A stretch of 64,000 bases of DNA from Parcubacteria group bacterium Gr01-1014_31 (GCA_007376135.1 VMFR01000001.1:142554-206553), one strand, 5' to 3'; counted from the first letter of the stretch, positions 31,215 through 39,346 are shown. Numbers and translations: made by a program. Notes: generated by a model not told the origin, from the sequence alone.

Positions 31215-31820
31215 CTATTCCTGCACGGTGACGGAGCGCAGCACGACGTCTTCCGTCGGTCGGTCATTCGCGTCCGTCGCCACCTTTTCAATGGCCGCAA
31301 CCACGTCCATTCCCTCCACGACCATTCCGAAGTTCGTGTGCTTGCCGTCCAACCAATCGGTCGCCGCCTTGGTCACAATGAAGAACTGACTGCCGTTGGT
31401 ATTCGGGCCGGCGTTCGCCATCGCCAGCGACCCGCGCACTAATTTATGCTCGTTGATCTCATCCTCGAAACGGTAGTCCGGTCCGCCGGTACCCCAGCGC
31501 GATTTGGCGGCCAGATCCTTGCTCAGCGGATCGCCGCCCTGGATCATAAAATCGCTAATGACGCGGTGAAACCGCGTGCCGTCGTAAAAGCCTTCCCGGG
31601 CCAGTTTGACGAAATTGTCGACGGTCTTTGGCGCGTCCGAGCGGTAGAGCTCGACCACGATCGTCCCCTTGCTGGTAACCAATGTTGCACGCATAGTTGT
31701 GGCAATTGGCGTCGGCGTCGGAGTGGGCGTCACCGCCACCCCGCCGGCCGGCAGATTAGAATTTTTTACGCAGCCGGCGATGAGGACGGCCGCAATGAGA
31801 AGAAATGATCGTGGTCGCAT
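31215..31820 (-). CDS. Cyclophilin-type PPIase, predicted lipoprotein
   Basis: LIAGC lipobox; FHRVI.DFMIQGGDP, MANAGPNTNGSQFFI, WLDGKHT. Confidence 0.93.
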   Translation of the reverse strand: MRPRSFLLIAAVLIAGCVKNSNLPAGGVAVTPTPTPTPIATTMRATLVTSKGTIVVELYRSDAPKTVDNFVKLAREGFYDGTRFHRVISDFMIQGGDPLSKDLAAKSRWGTGGPDYRFEDEINEHKLVRGSLAMANAGPNTNGSQFFIVTKAATDWLDGKHTNFGMVVEGMDVVAAIEKVATDANDRPTEDVVLRSVTVQE

Positions 31821-32019
31821 AGTATTCTGTATTAACTATCCCCAAGCCATACACCGTTTCACCCTTGACGGGCCTCACCCTGCCCATCTCGCGTTTTTGA
31901 ACAGTGCAATATTGGGGATAAAGTAATAAACTGCCTTTTCTGACCGTCGATGCACGCGCTTTGTCCCGCTCCATCCTGGGGGGAAATCGAACCTTCATAC
32001 TGGGCTCTCCCACACATTG

Positions 32020-32090
32020 CTGGGGGGGAAGGAATCGAACCTTCATTCGCAGCTCCAAAGGCTGCTGTCCTGCCATTAGACGACCCCCCA
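32020..32090 (-). tRNA. tRNA-Gln(TTG), intact, no encoded CCA
   Basis: TGGGGGG TC GTCT AATGGC AGGAC A GCAGC CTTTGGA GCTGC GAAT GAAGG TTCGATT CCTTC CCCCCCA G. Confidence 0.95.
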
Positions 32091-32199
32091 GCAATGTGTG
32101 GGACCTTGCCCGACTCCGCGCCTGCCCCGTCGTATGACGGGGCCCTGTTTTACCCCACACCTTTCGACCTTAAATAGCAGAGCTACTTTGCTTGCCTAC

Positions 32200-32270
32200 C
32201 CGCGGGAGCAGAACTCGAATCTGGATTCACGGCTCCAAAGGCTGCTGTCCTGCCCTTAGACGATCCCGTA
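32200..32270 (-). pseudogene. Degenerate tRNA-Gln(TTG)
   Basis: Same D and anticodon loop pattern as the intact copy, but mismatches in the acceptor (A-C), anticodon (A-C) and T stems (C-C), and A53 in place of G53. Confidence 0.75.
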
Positions 32271-32359
32271 GTTATGGAAGCGATAGTACTAAAGGTCAAA
32301 AGGTGTGGAGCGAGGACGACCCCCCCCAGGACGGGACGCAACGTCCACCGGTACCGGCA

Positions 32360-32587
32360 TCAACTGAACCGCACCGCGTTATAGATCTTCCTGGCAGCAA
32401 AGTACATGACGAAGGCGAAAAAGACTCCCAGATACCCGAAGGTGCCGACCTTGAGCGGCAGCGAAATGTGTTGGCCGACGATGAAGTTGACGACTTCAAG
32501 CACTAAGAGCACGCCCATCAGGATCATCACGATGAAGATGAGCATGACCACGGTCAGAATGGTTTCCAAAAGCCGGCCGGCGTGCAT
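32360..32587 (-). CDS. Small two-TM membrane protein
   Basis: 75 aa hydrophobic ORF with a TTGACG-N17/18-TACGCT promoter-like sequence upstream (about 32602-32630). Confidence 0.65.
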   Translation of the reverse strand: MHAGRLLETILTVVMLIFIVMILMGVLLVLEVVNFIVGQHISLPLKVGTFGYLGVFFAFVMYFAARKIYNAVRFS

Positions 32588-32637
32588 AGGTACGAAGTGG
32601 TAGCGTAGCGGGCGGGGGGCGAAACGTCAATCCCGCC

Positions 32638-33552
32638 TCAAACTTTCAGGTAACGGCGCACGGCGAACACCGATCCCACCATATTTAGCGCCGACATTCC
32701 CAGCAGTTGCGAACCGAAGATGGCCACAAAGTTCTCGCGGAAATAGCCAGCCAGATCGAGCGGTACGCCGGTAAAGAAATCCTGAAGATACGGCTGCACC
32801 GCATTCAGCAACGGGAATGTGACCGCCACAGCGAGTCCGGTCGCGCACAGCGCGTACAGCACGCCCTCCAGCACGAACGGCGCGGTGATGAACGCGTTGG
32901 ACGCGCCGACCAGCTTCATAATGCCGATCTCGTCGCGGTGCGTATAGATCGCGACGCGGATGGTGTTGAACACGATCAGCGTGGCGATCAGGACGAACAG
33001 CGCCGATATCGCGATCCCCGCCTGGTTAATGCGGTCGGCGATCAGTCGGATCTCGTTGATCGTACGCTGGTGGTCCTTATAGTTCTCGTCGCTGACCAGA
33101 TCGCGGTACGGCGAATGGTTGAGCACCTGGATGATCTCCGGGTAGTCCGAGGGGTGTTGTGCGGTCACCACCAGCGTCGCTCCCAGCGGGTTGTCGCCCA
33201 GCTCCTCCAGAGTCTCCAGGATGGCAGCGTCACGGGCGTGCCGCTGGCGGAATTCTTTCATCGCATCGTCGGCGGTCACGAGCGTGATGGCGGTCACCTG
33301 TGAAAGCTTGCCCAAGTAGTCCTGCACCTCTTTGACCTTCGGCGTGTCCACCACCGGGTCAAAGTAAATGCTGACGTCGATCTTTTGCTCGAGGGAGGTA
33401 ACGGCGGAATCGGCGACGACATTGAGCGCCAGCAGCGCATTGACCGTCAACGACGCCAGCGCGATGATGCTGACGGTCACCAGCGACAGCCAGAAATTGC
33501 GCCAGAACCCTTGCCAGGCGAATTTAATGACGCGGTAGATGGTCACGAGCAT
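32638..33552 (-). CDS. ftsX: Cell division permease FtsX
   Basis: NPLGA, IVFNTIRVAIYTHRDEIGIMKLVGASNAFITAPF. Confidence 0.92.
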   Translation of the reverse strand: MLVTIYRVIKFAWQGFWRNFWLSLVTVSIIALASLTVNALLALNVVADSAVTSLEQKIDVSIYFDPVVDTPKVKEVQDYLGKLSQVTAITLVTADDAMKEFRQRHARDAAILETLEELGDNPLGATLVVTAQHPSDYPEIIQVLNHSPYRDLVSDENYKDHQRTINEIRLIADRINQAGIAISALFVLIATLIVFNTIRVAIYTHRDEIGIMKLVGASNAFITAPFVLEGVLYALCATGLAVAVTFPLLNAVQPYLQDFFTGVPLDLAGYFRENFVAIFGSQLLGMSALNMVGSVFAVRRYLKV

Positions 33553-33557
33553 ATGCT

Positions 33558-34244
33558 TCAACTCAACCGATAGCGCCCAACCGCCTCATCGGAGGTCAGT
33601 GTGCCCTGATCAAGTACCAGCACACGGCGCCGGATCTGATTAACCCTCCCCTCGTCATGGCTGACAAACAGCACGGTCGTACCGATCTGGTTGATCTTCA
33701 GCAATAACTCGATGATCTCTTGCGAGGTGGCCGTATCCAGGTTGCCGGTCGGCTCATCCGCCACCAGGATCTTGGGACCGTGGGCGAGCGCCCGTGCGAT
33801 CGCGACGCGCTGCTGCTCGCCGCCGGAAAGGTGGCGCGGGAAACGGTCGTGCTTATCGGCCAACCCGACGATCTTGAGCACCTCGGGGACGATCTTGCGG
33901 ATACGCGAGGGGCGCGCTCCGATCACCTGCATCGCGAATGCGACATTCTCAAAAACGGTCTTCTTTTGCAATAATTTGTAATCCTGGAAAACGACACCGA
34001 TCTGCCGCCGAAGGTAAGGCACTTCACGAGACCGGATGTGCGTAATGTCCCAACCGCCGACGACCACCTGCCCTTCGCTCGCCCGCTCTTCGGCGGTCAG
34101 GATCTTGACCAGCGTGGTTTTTCCGGTGCCGCTCTTGCCAACGATCGAGATGAATTCACCCGCCAAAACCTCGAAAGAAACGTTGGCCAAAGCGACCGTG
34201 CGCTCAGGGAAATAGATTTTGGATACGTTGCGGAAGATGATCAT
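33558..34244 (-). CDS. ftsE: Cell division ATP-binding protein FtsE
   Basis: [38 protein letters not shown]. Confidence 0.93.
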   Translation of the reverse strand: MIIFRNVSKIYFPERTVALANVSFEVLAGEFISIVGKSGTGKTTLVKILTAEERASEGQVVVGGWDITHIRSREVPYLRRQIGVVFQDYKLLQKKTVFENVAFAMQVIGARPSRIRKIVPEVLKIVGLADKHDRFPRHLSGGEQQRVAIARALAHGPKILVADEPTGNLDTATSQEIIELLLKINQIGTTVLFVSHDEGRVNQIRRRVLVLDQGTLTSDEAVGRYRLS

Positions 34245-34267
34245 GGGTTTTGAGGAACGCGCACGGC

Positions 34268-34305
34268 TTGAAATTTCTACCCCAGCGTGCGTATACTGGT
34301 ATACT
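34268..34305 (+). promoter_or_regulatory. Probable promoter(s) of the Gly/Thr tRNA cluster
   Basis: TTGAAA-N18-TATACT and a second TGgTATACT extended -10. Confidence 0.55.
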
Positions 34306-34357
34306 GCTGTCCCAACGGCATCGGGTCAAGGGATAAGTCTATTCCCGGCCGCCACGC

Positions 34358-34548
34358 GCGGGATTAGTACCATGGTAGTACGTCGGCTTCCCTCGCCCCT
34401 CACCTTTACGATTGGCTCTCTGCGGGTGTAGTACAGTGGTAGTATGCTAGCTTCCCAAGCTAGAGATGGGAGTTCGATTCTCCTCACCCGCTCCAGGTAA
34501 AGGTGTGGGGGCAAGCAAAAGACGCGAGTTCGATTCTCGTATCCCGCT
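34358..34548 (+). pseudogene. Outer interrupted tRNA-Gly(CCC) shell (exons 34358-34392 and 34513-34548)
   Basis: GCGGGAT TA GTAC CATGGTA GTAC G TCGGC TT CCC | 120-nt insert | AA GCAAA AGAC GCGAG TTCGATT CTCGT ATCCCGC T; intact acceptor, D and T arms, mismatched anticodon stem. Confidence 0.85.
34422..34495 (+). tRNA. tRNA-Gly(CCC), intact with CCA, nested in the outer Gly shell
   Basis: GCGGGTG TA GTAC AGTGGTA GTAT G CTAGC TTCCCAA GCTAG AGAT GGGAG TTCGATT CTCCT CACCCGC T CCA. Confidence 0.95.
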
Positions 34549-34589
34549 CGCTGCCGCGGTTCGGCAGGATATTCGCGCGGTTGCCTTAG

Positions 34590-34808
34590 GCCGAAGTACT
34601 TTCACATCTTGCCTTGCCGGAGTAGCTCAGCCGGTAGAGCAGTGCTTTCGTAAAGCAAAGGTCGAGGGTTCGAGTCCCTCCTCCGGCTTGGCAAGATGTG
34701 AAAGATGCCGATCATTGTGGGTTTCCCGCCGTTCTCCTCTTTCGGTTATTGAAATATAGGGAGGAGGGACCCCGCCGACGGCGGTGGCGACTCCCACCTT
34801 CGGCTCCA
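34590..34808 (+). pseudogene. Outer decayed tRNA-Thr-like shell
   Basis: 5' GCCGAAG-TA (34590-34598) pairs perfectly with 3' CTTCGGC followed by T-CCA (34798-34808); eroded T arm GTGG-CGACT-CCCAC. Confidence 0.7.
34616..34688 (+). tRNA. tRNA-Thr(CGT), intact, no encoded CCA, nested in the outer shell
   Basis: GCCGGAG TA GCTC AGCCGGTA GAGC A GTGCT TTCGTAA AGCAA AGGTC GAGGG TTCGAGT CCCTC CTCCGGC T. Confidence 0.95.
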
Positions 34809-34884
34809 GACAACTCCGTAAATAGGAAAGATCGGCGCCCGCAGCAGCCGATTTTTCATATCCGCTGCCCTCCGGAAACTGGAA

Positions 34885-36105
34885 CTACGGCGCGTACCGG
34901 TGGATGTTCATGCTGCGCAGGATCTCCCCCAGCCGTTGTTCAAAATAGTCGACCGGGGTCACGGTGATCACGCGTAGCCGCAGCCGCAGGTCGCTCCCCT
35001 CCCCGACCGATTCCTCGCGCAACAGCAGCACATACCCTTGGGCGGTGCGCATCGGCGGCGATACCTCCCCGTCCGAAATCTTTTCCGCCGCGGCAAAGAT
35101 CTGAACATCAAGGTCGTCGCGGCCGCGATACCCCAAATCTCCGCCAATTGCACGGCTATCATCGCGATTCACCTCGCTCGCGGTCGCCGCGAAACTGCTG
35201 GCGCCCTCCGCGAGCGACTGATGGATGGATTTGAGCCGTACGGCGGCCGCTTCCCAGGCCTGCGGGTCTTCCCAGAGCTTGGCGCGGACCGCGAGCTCCA
35301 GCAGGTAGGGCCTTACCAAGCGCTCGGAAAAATCATCCAACGACCAACCATAAAAATTCTCCCGCACGCTCTGCTCAAGCCGCTCCCTCGATCCGCTCTG
35401 CGCGATCAACTGCTGCAACTGCGCGTTCACGGCGGCTGCACCGACCTGCACCTGGTACTGTTCGGCCAGGCGGTCGATCGCCGCCTGCCCGACGAAACGA
35501 GTAAATGCCTGCCGCCGCAGTTCACCGTCGCCTTGCGGTCTGCCGGTCCGCACCGATGACCGCCGCAGCATTTCCACGTCGCGCAAATAATCATCCAGCC
35601 AGTATACCCGACCGTCGGCGTCCACGGCGGGGAGCGGCAGGACCCTCGCCAGCGCCGCCACGGCCCAGTTGCTCCAGCCGAATCGGTACGCGCCGACCAG
35701 AACTACGGCGAACAACATGGTTACGAGCGCAGCAAAAATCGACACGGCCAAAAGAGGAGTCCGCCGCCGTCTCTTGGCGGTTTGTGCCGGCCGCCGCGGC
35801 GGTCGGGTCGCTCTCCTTGCTCTTCCCGGCGGCAGCGCCAAAGGAAGCCTCGGGATGATCAACTTCAGCGCACGTGGAACCGACTTTTGCGGCGGAGCGG
35901 CCGCAGCCGCTGCGGTGGTAGTCGTTTTCTTTTTTGGACGCGTCGGGCGCTTGGGTACGCTCGCCTTGACCGCCGACGGCGCGGGCTTGCCGGCAACGAT
36001 CTTGGGGCGTTGCCGGTCCCGCTCGATCCACGCCAGCACCTCACGCCGCATCGCCGACAGTTCGTTTTCGGAAAATGTTTTTCCGTTCGAGGATAGATCG
36101 GGCAT
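34885..36105 (-). CDS. SurA/PrsA-like foldase (membrane anchor, SurA-N, parvulin) with basic disordered N-terminus
   Basis: TM, LPLPAV, YGWSLDDF, SFAATA...GGDLGY...VSPPMRTAQGYVLL. Confidence 0.8.
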   Translation of the reverse strand: MPDLSSNGKTFSENELSAMRREVLAWIERDRQRPKIVAGKPAPSAVKASVPKRPTRPKKKTTTTAAAAAAPPQKSVPRALKLIIPRLPLALPPGRARRATRPPRRPAQTAKRRRRTPLLAVSIFAALVTMLFAVVLVGAYRFGWSNWAVAALARVLPLPAVDADGRVYWLDDYLRDVEMLRRSSVRTGRPQGDGELRRQAFTRFVGQAAIDRLAEQYQVQVGAAAVNAQLQQLIAQSGSRERLEQSVRENFYGWSLDDFSERLVRPYLLELAVRAKLWEDPQAWEAAAVRLKSIHQSLAEGASSFAATASEVNRDDSRAIGGDLGYRGRDDLDVQIFAAAEKISDGEVSPPMRTAQGYVLLLREESVGEGSDLRLRLRVITVTPVDYFEQRLGEILRSMNIHRYAP

Positions 36106-36111
36106 ATCACC

Positions 36112-36504
36112 TCACGGTACTTCGCGCTGGCGGCTAAAGAAATAGGACCACCAGGCGCGCCAGGGAGCCTTGTCCCGCGCATTGGCGGCCGGACTCGCCT
36201 CCGGGATGGGAGTATTGGTGGGCACGACGATCACTTTTTCGCCTGGTTTGGCGAGTCCCAACTCCAATCGGGCGCGGCTTTCGGCATACCCTTCAGAATC
36301 AAAGTATTTGATAAGTTCGCTCAACTCGACGTGCCGGGTTTGCAACGTACTGACCTCCTGACGCAAGGAAAGCAATTCGTCGTCCAGCGCCCGCGAGCGG
36401 CGATAATCCTTGACGTACGAAACCGCGACCACGCCGAGCAGCGTCAGCGAGATAAGCAGCACTGCCCAATATCCAAAACGCACGGAGAGATGTCGTGCCG
36501 GCAT
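36112..36504 (-). CDS. Septum formation initiator (FtsB/DivIC family)
   Basis: TM, coiled coil, ARLELGLAKPGEKVIVV. Confidence 0.85.
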   Translation of the reverse strand: MPARHLSVRFGYWAVLLISLTLLGVVAVSYVKDYRRSRALDDELLSLRQEVSTLQTRHVELSELIKYFDSEGYAESRARLELGLAKPGEKVIVVPTNTPIPEASPAANARDKAPWRAWWSYFFSRQREVP

Positions 36505-36536
36505 AGGAGGAATGGCTCAACCAGTATACCGTTCAA

Positions 36537-39245
36537 TCAATGGTGCGGCGAGAGCACGTTTCGCTGGAAGATCCGACGCTGCCACAGCAGATACTTCATG
36601 ATCTCGATGACGCCCAGCACCGCGAGCGCTAAAACGCCGATCATCACCCAATCGGCGGGCAGCAGCGGAACCGTGCGAAAAACTTTCTGGAAATGGGGCT
36701 CGTACACGGCCAACATCTGCAGCGCCAGTCCGAATCCCACCGAACCCAATAGCCACAAATTTCCCAGCATCGTCTGCTGGAAGATCGAATGGCGCAGGCT
36801 GCGCAAGGAAAAAACATAGATCAGCGAAACGAGCGCCAGCTGCGTGAAGATCAGCGTCCGAAGGTAATCAATGGGAAGCCCGCGCCGGTGTAACACGAAC
36901 AGCAGCGCAAACAGCGGCACGGTGATAGCGACGCTGATGACCGCGATCATCGCTTTTGCCTCATGGCTGATGACCGGCTCGCGTTTATCGCGCGGCGGCT
37001 CGTCCAACACCTCTGGTTCGCCGGGTTCCAAGGTGAGCGCCATGGCCGGCAGGCTGTCGCAAATAAGATTGATCCACAAGATTTGCGCGGGCAGCAACGG
37101 CAGCGGCAACCCGGAAAGCATCGCTGCAGTTACCAGCAGCACTTCCGCCATGCTGTCCGAAAGCAAATAAAGGACGGCCTTGCGGATATTGTCGTAGATC
37201 ACTCGCCCTTGCCGCACGACCGCGACGATGGTATTAAAATTGTTCTCCAGCAAGATGAGGTCGGCGGTTTCTTTGGCCACATCGGTCCCCGAATTCAGGG
37301 CAATGCCGATGTCGGCAGCCTTGAGCGCCGGCGCGTCGTTCACCCCATCTCCGGTCATTGCGACGACCGCGCCTCGGCGCTGCCATGCCGTCACAATGCG
37401 CAGTTTATGCTTGGGCGTGACGCGCGCGAAAATATCGATGCTGCGGATGCGCCGCGTGAGCTGCTCATCGGTCATTCCGTCCAACGCCGAACCGTCGACG
37501 GCCCGATCGGCCGTCGCGGCCATGCCCATTTCTTTGGCGATGGCAACGGCCGTCAGCCGGTGGTCGCCGGTGATCATCACCGTCCGAATGCCGGCGCGTT
37601 GCGTGAGGGAAAACGCGTTCTTGGTCTCCTCGCGGAGCGGGTCCTTCAGGCCGATAAACCCGGTAAATATCAGCCCCGACGGCGGATCACTAAAGTCATC
37701 ATCGGCGCTCAGGCGCCGATACGCCAACCCCAACAATCGCAACCCGTGCCGACTGTGCTCTTCGTACGCTGCCGTCAGTCTCCGGCGCAGCGCCGCGTCC
37801 ATCGGTTTGACCTTGCCGGCCACTTCGGCGAACGACGAGAATTGCAGCACCCGCTCCGGGGATCCCTTGCAGTACATCATGCGCGCATTCTCCACCTGGT
37901 GCAGTGTGGCCATGTATTTAGTTTCCGAACGGAACGGGATCTCATCCAGACGCGGCTCGGCACGGTTCAGCTCGTCTGGGCGCGCACCGACCTGAGCGGC
38001 CGCCAAGAGCAGCGCCGTCTCGGTCGGATTCCCCAGCACCCGCCAATGGCGGAGCTCTTCGTCGGGATTTTCGACCACCGCGTCGTTGCACAACGCGGCT
38101 ATCTTCAGCACCAGTAAGCGTTCCGCCATGCGCGGGTCCTCGACGATCCGGTGAAAATCGTAGTGGTCGTCGGCGGTGATGACGCGTGATACGCGCATCA
38201 CGCCCTCGGTGATTGTCCCGGTCTTGTCCGTACAGATGATGGAGGTGCTCCCGAGGGTTTCCGTGGCCGCCAGACGGTGCACCAGCGCCCCCTGTTTCAA
38301 GATGGCGCGCATGCCGATCGCCAAAATGACGGTCACGATGACCAACAGCCCTTCAGGGATGGCCGAGACTGCCAACGCGACGGCCATATACAGCATGCTG
38401 TCCTCCGGATGGCCATCCGGAGAGAGGAACGGACGGCCCTGCAGCATGCCGATCAACGCCACGATCGCGGCAATGACGCAGACGACGACCGTGAGTTGCT
38501 TGCCGAGTTGCTCCAATTTCAACTGCAACGGGGTCGGCGGCTCACCGGTTTCTCGGACCAACATTGCGATCTGCCCCAATTCGGTTTCGGCGCCGGTGGC
38601 GCAGACGACCGCCGTACCCTCGCCCGAAGCGATCGTCGTGCCGAGGTACAGCATATTCTCGCGGTCGGGCAGCGACGCGCCGGGCGCTAACGTGGTGACC
38701 GTCTTGGGTGACGCCGCGGATTCCCCGGTCAACGGGGCTTCCACCACCGTCAGATCGATGGACTGCAAAAGGCGCGCATCAGCCGGAACGCGATCCCCGG
38801 CGCGCACCACAACGACGTCGCCGGGCACCAGTACATCCGTCGGTACCGCGATCTCGCGTCCGCTGCGCAACACGCGAGCCTTGAAGGTCACTAGCCGTCG
38901 TAATTGCTCGAACTCCTTGGTTGCCTTCCATTCCTGCAGGAAGCCGACGACGGTGTTGATCGCGATGACCGCGCCGATGACGAAAAAATCAAGCCAGTGC
39001 CGCAACACCAAGGTCAGCGCCAGCGCAAAAAGCAAAATGCCGATGACGGGGCTGCGCAGTTGACCGAGAAGAATGACCAGGCCGCCCAAACGCTTCTCCC
39101 GCGGCAGAACGTTGGGACCATGGCGGTGCAACCGGCGGCGTGCCTCCTCGGCGCCCAGTCCGCGGGCGGTGGTATGCAATTTCCGCAGGATCGCCGATTC
39201 CGCGGCGTGATGCCACATCGAAGAATTGGCGGCGGCTGTCGACAT
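36537..39245 (-). CDS. P-type IIA cation (Ca2+)-transporting ATPase
   Basis: LTGES, IPEGL, DKTGT, KGSPE, MTGDGVNDAPAL, QILWINL. Confidence 0.93.
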   Translation of the reverse strand: MSTAAANSSMWHHAAESAILRKLHTTARGLGAEEARRRLHRHGPNVLPREKRLGGLVILLGQLRSPVIGILLFALALTLVLRHWLDFFVIGAVIAINTVVGFLQEWKATKEFEQLRRLVTFKARVLRSGREIAVPTDVLVPGDVVVVRAGDRVPADARLLQSIDLTVVEAPLTGESAASPKTVTTLAPGASLPDRENMLYLGTTIASGEGTAVVCATGAETELGQIAMLVRETGEPPTPLQLKLEQLGKQLTVVVCVIAAIVALIGMLQGRPFLSPDGHPEDSMLYMAVALAVSAIPEGLLVIVTVILAIGMRAILKQGALVHRLAATETLGSTSIICTDKTGTITEGVMRVSRVITADDHYDFHRIVEDPRMAERLLVLKIAALCNDAVVENPDEELRHWRVLGNPTETALLLAAAQVGARPDELNRAEPRLDEIPFRSETKYMATLHQVENARMMYCKGSPERVLQFSSFAEVAGKVKPMDAALRRRLTAAYEEHSRHGLRLLGLAYRRLSADDDFSDPPSGLIFTGFIGLKDPLREETKNAFSLTQRAGIRTVMITGDHRLTAVAIAKEMGMAATADRAVDGSALDGMTDEQLTRRIRSIDIFARVTPKHKLRIVTAWQRRGAVVAMTGDGVNDAPALKAADIGIALNSGTDVAKETADLILLENNFNTIVAVVRQGRVIYDNIRKAVLYLLSDSMAEVLLVTAAMLSGLPLPLLPAQILWINLICDSLPAMALTLEPGEPEVLDEPPRDKREPVISHEAKAMIAVISVAITVPLFALLFVLHRRGLPIDYLRTLIFTQLALVSLIYVFSLRSLRHSIFQQTMLGNLWLLGSVGFGLALQMLAVYEPHFQKVFRTVPLLPADWVMIGVLALAVLGVIEIMKYLLWQRRIFQRNVLSPHH

Positions 39246-39346
39246 ACGGACAGTATACCACACCACAAATTTCAGCCTTGGGACAACTGCGTCGATTGCA
39301 AATTAGGCGAAAATATGCTATGCTCAACGCAATTACGTACCACCGA

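Larger units (their letters stand above)
31946..32364 (-). ncRNA. Putative ~420-nt structured RNA: decayed outer tRNA-Gln shell enclosing two tRNA-Gln copies
   Basis: 5' remnant TGGGGGGGGTCGTCC (32328-32314) and 3' remnant GA-GCCCA-GTAT-GAAGG-TTCGATT-TCCCCCCA (32007-31977) pair with each other; internal helices contain G-U pairs only on the minus strand. Confidence 0.65.

Noticed and set aside
31977-32007. attR of a prophage or integrative element at tRNA-Gln
   Set aside because: The duplicated 3' piece lies only about 12 nt from the tRNA, pairs with a 5' remnant upstream, and no integrase or cargo lies between.
31756-32160. 134-aa ORF, and similar ORFs over the tRNAs (e.g. 34466-34759, 39140 extension)
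   Set aside because: These are shadow translations of tRNA or structured RNA sequence.
31946-32364. tmRNA (ssrA)
   Set aside because: The tRNA-like ends are Gln-type without a G3-U70 alanine identity, there is no tag ORF, and the interior consists of tRNAs.
34393-34512. Group I/II or BHB intron in tRNA-Gly
   Set aside because: The insert is 120 nt, of which 74 is a tRNA. There is no room or motif for a ribozyme core and no bulge-helix-bulge at the junctions.
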